A DNA stretch of 64,000 nucleotides, taken from NCBI GenBank assembly GCA_951406725.2, contig OX597837.1:1984001-2048000 (forward strand), written 5' to 3'. Positions 53,891 through 64,000 of this stretch are shown here, one piece after another. The position numbers and the translations under genes were made by a program. Numbering within the stretch: position 1 is the stretch's first letter; each line of letters opens with the position of its first letter. This DNA comes from Octopus vulgaris. Its lineage: Eukaryota. The notes under the pieces are model-generated. The model was not told the origin of the DNA. It made no database searches and was given only the letters and a program-made list of their open reading frames with translations.

Positions 53891-55094
53891 CAGCATTTTA
53901 TGCGTCGACAGGTACACTACCTGCAGCATAGTGTCGTCTCTGAAAACAATTGCAGTCTGTGTGTGCGTGTGTGCGCATGCGTTGTATATTTGTTTGCATA
54001 GCATTTTGTTGTTCTTTAACCCCAGCATTATCTTAATCCAGTAGGATTATGGTAAAAGGAGCTTCTGCAATGGCCTTATATTTTATTCGGACAATCTCAG
54101 GAGATAGCGTTATGCAAGGAATAATTCCTCAAAGTGTGATTTCAGGTGAACTTGGACTGCTATTTCTAGTTGGTCAGGTGTTAATTTGTTTTATAATTCT
54201 CTATGAATGGTAGCATTTCGGGAGGGAGTATTAACTGAAGCCTTTCGACCTTCAGCCTCTGACGTATTCTATTTCTATATTGGATTTATCTAAAGTCCCT
54301 ATAACTAATTCCCCTCCCTACTTTACCTACTCCCTCTCTCTCACTTTCTTAAATAGAGATGAATGACAAATATCCGAAACGTTATATCTTTTCGCTCAAT
54401 ATTGTAAATAAACTTTCGGAGCTGTTCTCCAAACCTTCGTATGGATTAATACTTTGAAAACCATCAGCGTTTTTCTCGGATACAGATTTAACTGTAAAGA
54501 TTTTATAACTATAAACGGGCATACATAAAGCTCTACAGAATTTCTGCTATAAAGATTGATAAGGGGTTCCTGAGGAAATTTCATTCGTCACTGTTCTTTA
54601 TCTTCTTTTTCCTTGTATAACCATAAACGTAAATATACTTCTATAGTGTTGAGTAGTACCTACTCGTGGGACTAATTGATATTTCTCATAAAATAGAGTT
54701 GCTAAATATAAAAGTATTGGTAACGGGGATCTGCAAAATCATGAGCTATACACCAGCAAACCAATCGGATATCATAAATCGTAGACAATTTAAAAACGAA
54801 AATATCAATAAGAAAAGAAACCACAACAATATAAAAAAATTCACCAGCACTGGCTATAGTATTTATGTGGTTCTTTGATCTCGTAGAAATAGCAGCCAAA
54901 TTTTCAAAACCTATCTTCCAATTATTTTCACAAACGACACATTGAATAAGCATTTCTAAATACGTAATCTCCGAAAAACAAAGACGGGATGGTCAAGAGT
55001 GGAGTGCCTTATAATTATGGTGAAACAGGGCTGACTAAAGAGTAAATAATAGGAACGGTCTTTTCAGTGTATTTGCACCGATATACACACACAA

Positions 55095-55232
55095 AGAACG
55101 GGCTTCCACACAGTTTTCGCTCACAAATTCACTCACGTGAGATTGGTCGGCCGGTTCTTATGATGATTGAAAGCTCTTAACCAAAACTTAAAACTACATG
55201 GCTGCAAAGCTCAATTCTTAACTACACGGGAT

Positions 55233-55280
<48 letters not shown>

Positions 55281-55790
55281 TCTCTCTCTCACTCTCTCTC
55301 TCTCTCTCTCCCTCTCTCTCTCTCTCTTTCTCTCTCTCCCTCTCTCTCTCACTCACACACACTTTCTCTCTCCCATATATAATTGATAAAACGATGGTTA
55401 TCAAATCTAAGCCGGCGTGGCTGCGTGGTAAGAAGCTTGCTTCCCAACTACATGCTCCCAGGTTCATTTTCATTGTGTAAAGCCTCGGACAAGCGTCTTC
55501 TACTATAGCCTCGGGCCGGTCGAAGCCGTGTGGGTGGATTTGGTAGACGGAAACTGAAAGAAGCCCGTCGCATATATGTGTGTGTTTGTCCCACCATCAC
55601 TTGACAACTGGTGTTGCGTGTTTACGTCCCTGTAACTTAGCAATTCAGCAAAAGTAACCAAAAGAGTAAGTACTAAGCTTAAAATCATTAGTAGTGGGGG
55701 TTCGAGTCATTCGATGAAAAGATCCTGCAAGGTGGTTGTGCCCCAGCAGGGCCACGGTCTAATGGTCAAAACAAGGAAAAGATAAAAGTT
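55095..55790. mobile_element. SINE family B pair: minus fragment (~55095-55210) and plus copy (~55412-55790) around (CT)n
   Basis: Shared cores with the other B copies. Confidence 0.8.
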
Positions 55791-56998
55791 TTAAATGGAT
55801 TTGATTTAATTCTCTGATGTCACATCGGATAAATGATTTGTAACTGTAGAATTTCAAGTGTGCACTCTTCGATGGTTTAGCATCTAGTTCTACACTTAAA
55901 CAACCAATCACTGCTACTACATTATTTCGGAAGGTGATTTCGCGTAACTATTTCCGTCTTTCTGTCTAGCAGAGAATGTGCCTCTATGGGAGTTGGACAA
56001 TCTATCATTCATGGTTGGTTGTCTTAGATATAAAAATCAAGAGGATTCTGAACAATTGTAACTAGCGAAGCAACACCTAGAAAATAAGCATTTTTATTGG
56101 ATGAAGCAACGATTTACTACACTCTCTCATATCATATGTGAATAGAAAACAACTTCGGAACCACTTAAACATTAGTTTATACGTTACTGGAAATTGTGTC
56201 TATCACTGTCTATTATCGAAGGGAAATTCATCTTGGGGCAGCGTTTAGAGCAATATCAGCCGTGACATAAAAGGTAGTTATTTTGGTTATAAAATATACA
56301 CACGTGACGTCCGCATGTGGAGCCTTAGATATTTCAAAAATGAATATATACCATACTCTAAGAGCGTGTGTGTGTGTGTGTATGTGTGTGTGTGTGTGTA
56401 TGTGTGTGTGTGTGTGTATGTGTGTGTGTGTGTGTATGTGTGTGTGTCCCCGCACACTGACACACACATTCACAAGCATATACACGTGCACACTCACACC
56501 CTATTATTGGAAAATTGAGATGCAATTGATGTACTGAAAACAATTCTTGATATAAGTGCGATTATACAGATATAGATGTGTGTGTGTGTGCGTGTGTGGG
56601 TGTGCGTGTGTACGCTGTTTTTGTTCGTATTCGTGTTTTGTATTTGTGAACATGTATATGAATAGTTGCATAAAGTATGTGTAAATATCGCTTTAATTTT
56701 TATAGCTGTTTCCGGCAGAAGTGATCGTCAGGTGAACGGATATTTAATAAAGGAAATCTTTAAGCTGAAACCGAGGCAAAGGTCACGTTTCTTGGCTCTT
56801 TCACGGAAAATTATAAACCTAAACATATACGTGTATGTATTTGTGTGTGTGTGTGTGTGTGTTTGTTTGTGTGTGTGTGTGTGTGTGTACTTAGCTCCCC
56901 TGTATTGATTACGTTCCTACTGGGTTTGAATTACTCAGTCTAACGCACAGAAGCGTATGTAAACTAAAACTCTCGCTCGCACATGTAATCAATATTAT

Positions 56999-57034
<36 letters not shown>

Positions 57035-57086
57035 GTGTGTGTGTGTGTATGTGTGTATGTACGTGCGTGTATATATATATATATAT

Positions 57087-57133
<47 letters not shown>

Positions 57134-57505
57134 CATACATACATAAACACATACACACACAGGTATGCACATTCATGTGTATAAATGCAAACACAGATAT
57201 AGTCATTCACATGTAAGTACAGTTGTATGTATATCTAGATGCTTAATAGTAAACATTATATATATGTGTGCGTGTGCGCGCGCGCATGTGTGTGTCTGTC
57301 AGTGCGTGTGTGTGTGCGTGTGTAGTGATCGCTCCCGTGTCTGCCTCCGTCTTTGTGTGGAGTATGGATGCTGACCTTCAAATCATATTGTTTCCCTTCA
57401 GTGCCTTCTCATGACTGAAACATAAGGACGGTAATTGATAGTTGAGCAAACCTTGTGTTTAAGCTTGAAATCGAGGAAGCTGAGAGGTCAAACGATAACA
57501 CTTTC

Positions 57506-57632
<127 letters not shown>

Positions 57633-57808
57633 AAACATTCACTCATGCAAACGGGCAGAGACAAACATACATTCATAGTGAACACGCATTTCAATAATCG
57701 ATGAGCCATCTTGAAGATAACAAAACTAGTACTGCTATTACAACTACTACAATTGCTGCTATAACTACTACTGCACCTACTACTACAAAACCATAAACAT
57801 TATTATTA

Positions 57809-57864
<56 letters not shown>

Positions 57865-59104
57865 TGTAGTAGCAGCAGTAATGGTAGAGTTGAAGCAATA
57901 AGTAGCGGAAGATTGCAATCAACTAAGGAAAACCTTAAGAGAGTTCAAAGTTTATAAATTTGGCTGTTTACCAAAAGTTCAATAATGGAGAATGAATTAA
58001 AGTCTGTTGCGAAAAACAAGAAAAAAATATTAAACATGGCCGAGACCAAACTCGCAAGTCGTGCTGCACTGAAATTCAATTACTAGACCTGTAATCTCTC
58101 TACGAATTTTGGAACAGCCAGGAGGTCAGCATTTTGTCGGGTTGGTCAATTATTATTACTATTATTTTTTTTCTCATTTTTTGTTGATATCTTAATATTT
58201 TCAGCGTTGTTATTGTCATTATTATCATTATTATTATTTTCATTGTTATAACCGTCAGTAATTATTATTATTATTATCATCATTATTATTATTATCATTA
58301 TATTATTAAGTTTCAAACTGTTTGGCTTCTAGTTTTCGACTGATTTTAAATAATTGATCAATTTAGGAAGTAGAGCATAAATTCTAGTTTTGTTGCCAAT
58401 GGAAAATAAAAGAGAAGGAAAACGTAGAATGAATTTATGAATGAACGAACCAACAAATGAATGAAAGCAATGCTGAATGTAACAGACACAATAACCTATT
58501 CATGCTCTATTCTTTATTCCATTCTTTCTTTTTCAATTAATTATTCCGTTTATTTTTTCATTCCCCTTTTTCTTCCACATATTCATCATTGCCAGTTTTT
58601 TTTTCCTCAGCCGAAAACCCATTACATTTTAAATATTCATAGTAAAAGAAAGCTAGTGAAATGATAAAAATATAACTGGAAGGCGCCATAGCAAAAATAC
58701 TGGTGACAGTTATCTTCAGTTACGGGAAAATAAAACTTTTGTTATATTTTCCTGAGGATTAAATCTCAATTATCGTTATCGATATGGGATAATAATATTA
58801 ATTGCTGGTAGGGACTACGTACTTCATTTTGCAACGATAATATGCTACCGAGTATATCAAGTCAATACTGTGTCCTACCTGTGATAACAATAGGATTCAA
58901 CCACTTTTTAATAATCTCTACAGATTTTCAATGACGGGTCTAAAATTTGCGGAAGAAAGATCAATAATTCCCGAAATATGCATATACACCCATTTTTCTA
59001 TCTCCGATCGCATTGTTTGCATAGACGTATTCGTAGCATTCAATGCTGGCTCTAATTTTCATAGACAATCTGTAGAAATAAGTTTAAAAACGAGAATAAT
59101 AAAT

Positions 59105-59697
59105 ATCCTTTCTCCAATAGGCACAAGGTCTGAAACGTCGGAGAAAGTCGATTACATCTACCCCAGTGTTTGACTCATAATTATTTTACTGACCCTGAAA
59201 GAATGAAAGGTAAAGTTGTGTGTGTGTGTGTGTGTGTCTGTCTGTCTGTCTGTGTTTGTCCCTCCCCCACCATCACTTGACAACCGATGCTGGTGTGTTT
59301 ACGTCCCCGTAACTTAGCGGTTCGGCAAGAGTGACCGATAGAATAAGTACTATGCTTACAAAGAATAAGTCCTGGGGTCGATTTGCTCGACTAAAGGCGG
59401 TGCTCCAGCATGGCCGCAGTCAAATGACAAATAAAAGAAAAAAATGTAAAATAATGTATAACAATATGAATAATAGCAAAACCTATGCAGCGATGTGCAA
59501 ACCGTGTCGATAGACGAACAATAAAATAACAATAATCCCTTTCAGGCACAAGGCCCGAAATTTCGGGTGGGAGGGGAGCCAGTTGATTACATCGACCTCA
59601 GTGTTTCACTGGTACTCAATTTATCGACTTCGAAAGGATGAAAGGCAAAGTCGACCTCAGCGGAATTTGAACTCAGAATCAAAGGACGGACGAGATG
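59105..59697. mobile_element. SINE cluster: A (minus, ~59105-59217), B 3' half (plus, ~59250-59435), A (minus, ~59535-59697)
   Basis: Shared cores with the other copies. Confidence 0.85.
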
Positions 59698-61025
59698 ATA
59701 TTGATAATTTTATTCTTTTATTGGCCACAAGGGCTAATATAAATATACATAAAAGGACATGCAACAACATAACACATAAGACGATATAATGAGTTTTACT
59801 GCGTGTAAACAGTAAAAACAATCAAAATTAAACAATATAAAACTCCCAAAAGTGGAAGCCCCTTAAGACTACTCGTGGAAAAACCCACAAAAGACACGGT
59901 TGCCTGACCAACAGGGCAAGAGCCCTCCTTTTATTTTTCACAGGTGTATACTCAGAATTTGTCCTTCCACACTGACCATTCCTCCGCCATTCACCCATCT
60001 TTCAATAAACTTGCTAGAAAGCAACACTTCCCTCCTCACCCTCGCTTTCCTCTTCACGTGAAACTTGAAGTTGATGAGGGTTTGGCCGAAGAAGGAAGAG
60101 TCTATTGTTAGACCTTTCAAACGGGTCCACCATACTACTTCTTTCACTATAGCCACCAGACAAATAAAAATTGCCTGCCAAAGGAGGGTGGCGAGGCAAT
60201 CTTCACTATGGATTCAGTTGATAGCTGGATCCTCCCTGCACGCGACTGCAGGTGTTTGACATAAACACACAGGTCAGCAATGCTCGGGCACTGGACGAGG
60301 GCGTGCAAAACAGTTTTATCGCTCTGCGTGCACCTAGAACAGGTTCGGTTGACGGCACTTCCATGCCTGTAAAGTTTATCCCGAATGGGAAGCGCCCCTC
60401 CGTAGTACTGCTAGGCGAAGGATTTCTGGAAGTTATCCATAGGCGCAGGCCTGAAAGTTTTCCAAAACAGACCAATAAGTTGATCCTCATCGACGCCTAG
60501 AGTTTCTCGGAGAACATCGTCGCACTTTCGCGCCAGTAACCCTTTATAGAACGCTAAAGTGGAACTGCCACCGACTGCATTGTTCGCCTGGCGGTGGGCT
60601 GTGAGCGCCTGACGGCACTCAAGGTGCCAAGCGCCCCTCCACGGTCTACACCTAATACAGAATTGCATCTCAGTTAAAGAGACTAGCTATGGCAGAGCAA
60701 GGAAATGACGTAGCCTGAGAGTATGTCTGCGGATGAGCAACCACGGCATGCCTAGGCCTCCATTCTTCCACTGTTGACAGCAGATGGAGCGCCTTACTAG
60801 CCGAATGCGACATTTCCACAGAAAGCGGAAGAATATGCGACGACGGTCATGCGGTAATAGATGACGGATGCGATGTACGAATTTACTACCATGGCTCGAC
60901 CTTTCAGGGACAACTTCCTCTCGACCCATTTCTGGGTGAGACTGGCCACACTGTTCCTCACCTCGTTCCAGTTTTCTCCCCCGGGAGACCCCGAGAAATT
61001 TAACCGGACCATTAGACCATTTCAA
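59698..61025 (-). mobile_element. L1/Tx1-clade LINE, 5'-truncated (RT C-terminus, CCHC domain, 3'UTR)
   Basis: PVKFLGV, W.ERKLSLKGRAMVVNSYIAS, RFLW, KNGGLGMP, ALPIRDKL and TCSRCTQSDKTVLHALVQCP appear across frameshifts. The T-rich 3'UTR ends ..TTAGCCCTTGTGGCCAATAAAAGAATA. Confidence 0.9.
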
Positions 61026-61539
61026 GTAAAGATTCTTTTTATAAATTGTTTTAAAATGAAACAGGTAGAAGAGAAATATAAAAAAAAAAATGTATTACCC
61101 TTTTTTTATTCTTAATTCTTCTGTAAAACAATATTTTGAAATGATACCGGTTTGAAGACTGCCGCCACACAAATACAAATTTATAAAATAAACGAATCTT
61201 GAAACAACAACCTTTCCAAAAGCACTTCACTGTGCTGGCGTTGATTTTCACGCTAATTAATACAAAGGAATCACATTAGGTATTCACAATGCCTTTCAGT
61301 AGGAGCTCCAGCTTTACTAGAAATAGCAGCCGACATTGACCTCCAGTAACAAAAGCACAGAACTGCTTGCTTACTTGGCTTGAAGTCTAAATCTTTTTAC
61401 TGTCGAATGAACTTCTTCCTTCACTGAAACTTAAGTTTGTTTGTTTTTTCATTTATTTTGGTTAGCCATGGCCAACCCGTCGGTTTCCTAACTAAATTAC
61501 ATCCAGATTCATGTTACTATATTTAAATGTATACACAGC

Positions 61540-61622
61540 TGATGTGGCTGTGTAGTAAGAAGCTTGCTTCTCAACAGCATGGTTCCGGGTTCGGTCTCAC
61601 TGCGTGGCAACGTGGGTACGTG

Positions 61623-61715
<93 letters not shown>

Positions 61716-62065
61716 CGTTTGTCCCCACCACTACCATCGCTTGACAACCGATATTGGTGTGCTTAGTGGTTCGGCAAAAGAGACTGATAGAATATATACT
61801 AGGCTTACAAAGAATAAGTCTTGTTCGACTTATGGCCGCAGTCAAATGACTGAAACAATTAAAAGAAAAGAAATATACGTGCGTGTCCTTGTGTCTATTT
61901 GTCCCTACCACTGCTTCACAACCGCTAAGTTTACGTTCCGGTATTTAGCGATTCGGCAAAAAGGAAGCGATAGAATAAGTACCAGGCTTAAAATCTAACT
62001 ACTGGGTTCAATTCATTCGACTAAAATTCTTCAAGGTGGTGCTCCAGTATGTCCGCAGTCTATTG
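61540..62065 (+). mobile_element. SINE family B with internal deletion and a second 3' half
   Basis: Head at ~61540; 3' halves at ~61720-61865 and ~61895-62065. Confidence 0.8.
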
Positions 62066-62471
62066 ACAAGATATCTAAGACTGTAAGGTATAATTTGATG
62101 GAGGTATAGTTGCCTTTCCTGGTAGGTCGAACGACCGAGCGTAAGGCCTCTCCTATAAATAGAATATTTAACAGTTTACACAGAAATCTTTATTTCTGTT
62201 GTTTTATCAATAAAACGGGAAATTAATAAGATAACAAGAACGGTAGAAAACCTCGTGGTATTGTCTGAAATCCCTTTATAGTCGAATTTATCGCTTCTCA
62301 ATATTTTTAAATGCATGAAACACTGGAGATCAACTGGATAATTATTGTTCTTCTTCACATAAGGAATTTGTCTAAAAATAAGATTGTTTGAAGTGAAAGA
62401 ATTAGAAAAAAATATGCACAAAACATTATTATCTCTTTTTTTGTTTTTTATTCATTATTTTTGTATAAAAA

Positions 62472-62820
62472 GGCGGCGAGTTGGCAGAATCATTAGCACG
62501 CCGGGCGAAATGCTTAGCAGTATTTCGTCTGCTGCTACGTTCTGAGTTCAAATTCCACCGAGGTCGACATTGCCTTTCATCCTTTCGGGGTCGATTAAAT
62601 AAGTACCAGTTACGCACTGGGGTCGATATAATCGACTTAATCCATTTGTCTATCCTTGTTTGTCCTCTCTGTGTTTAACCATTTGTGGTAGTAAAGAAAT
62701 AGGTATTTCGTCTGTCTTTACATTCTGAGTCGACTTTGCTTTTTATCTTTCGGTGGGTACTGGGGTCGATCTAATCGACTGGTCACCTCCCCCAAAATTT
62801 CGGGCCTTGTGCCTAGAGGA
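62472..62820 (+). mobile_element. SINE family A long form joined to the 3' part of a short form
   Basis: Junction GTAAAGAAATA|GGTATTTCGTCTG at ~62701. Confidence 0.88.
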
Positions 62821-63319
62821 GTATAGATTAAAGACTCTGGTTTCAAGACTAAGAAAACAAGATTGCAAGAAACCAATTCTACACAAAAGTGAATCGGTAA
62901 AATGAATTCGCGTGTTGAAACAGCGTTATAAACTGCAGCAGTAAGGAATGTAGCACCACCAGCAGCAGCTGCAGCAGCAGTGCACTGTAGTTAAGTCACA
63001 TGATTCATAAATTTGAAGAAACGAGTTCTCGGTAGAGCTTTGAGAAAACTGTTTTTCTTTTTTACTACGTTAATTTTTCGAAATTATATACATGAAATTG
63101 GGTAGACTTTGGGGAACAAAAATATAGAATTCGAGATATTTATATTTGCTGGCGTAAAAATATTTTATTTGAGGAAAACGAGAAAAAAAAAACAGCTAAG
63201 AGATAAATCGTTAAATACAGATAGTACACCGGTTTTCGGGACACTGATAGTTCGGAAGTTCTTATAATCCGCACAGATGTATGCTATCCTTTTATTTATT
63301 TTAGCCGTTAGAGTGTGGT

Positions 63320-63500
63320 CATAGTGGGGCACTACCTTGAAGCGTTTCAGCGGAACTAATCGATCCCAATAGGTATTTTTACGAATGTTACTTATTCTAT
63401 CGGCCTCTTTTCTCCAACCGCTTAGTTACGGGAATGTGAAGTAGTAGTGATATAGTGGTGGGTGACAAACACACCAATACTTACATGTGTGTGTGTGAGT

Positions 63501-63546
<46 letters not shown>

Positions 63547-63828
63547 CTCCGCAAAATCCCAAATTTTATTTAATTTGCTTTGCAAGAGCAACTATTTCAT
63601 CGAAAGCGTATATTGTTGTTAAATGCTCGAAATATGAGATTAGAAAACAGCCAACAACTGATGAAAGGTCGTTCTTTATGTTTGTTTGTTTTGTTTTCCA
63701 TTTGTGTCTTTCATTGTTCGAAAGAGTAATTCATGTTCTATGTACTCATGCTTCTTACTCTTTTGTTCTACACGTTTCGTGACGCCCTGTGCCCACATAT
63801 GATGATATATATACGTATGTATATATGC

Positions 63829-63862
<34 letters not shown>

Positions 63863-63960
63863 AACGGGTTTCTTTCTGTTTCCGTCTACCAAATAAACTC
63901 ATATGACCTTGATCAGCTCGCGTTATAGCAGAAGACATTTGTCCAAGATACCATACAGCC
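63320..63960 (-). mobile_element. SINE family B (degenerate), split by microsatellites and intervening sequence
   Basis: 3' half at ~63320-63480 and 5' half at ~63865-63960. Confidence 0.65.
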
Positions 63961-64000
63961 TGGTTTCAACTGTAACTTTTTTCACTGTCGAATTAACTCT

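Noticed and set aside
63600-63800. Unit containing CTGATGA and GAAA boxes inside a split SINE
   Set aside because: Could not build consistent stems I-III around the boxes.

Overview
This is AT-rich, microsatellite-saturated animal DNA. The tRNA-derived SINE families and the dense (TA)n/(CA)n/(AAT)n/(GATA)n tracts point to an octopus (coleoid cephalopod) genome; that assignment is inferred, not database-checked. I can support no intact host protein-coding gene, and almost all ORFs in the track are translated microsatellites. The window is a mobile-element graveyard. It holds three abundant SINE families, two full-length dead mariners plus fragments, a Tc1-type MITE, two tandem non-autonomous Helitrons, fragments of R4/Dong-, Hero- and L1/Tx1-type LINEs, and a Penelope-like RT remnant. 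Four observations are the most interesting. (1) Minimal type-I hammerhead ribozyme motifs occur, one in a ~650-bp fold-back element and one in a short unit inserted into a SINE. (2) A SINE variant shares its 3' tail with an L1/Tx1 LINE, and both abut the same site inside a related SINE, suggesting a self-targeting SINE/LINE pair. (3) Several short segments appear copied from 1-2 kb away into a transposase gene and into microsatellites. (4) R4/Dong copies sit in the (TAA)n tails of SINE clusters. Repeat boundaries were read by eye and are approximate unless a TIR or TSD is quoted.
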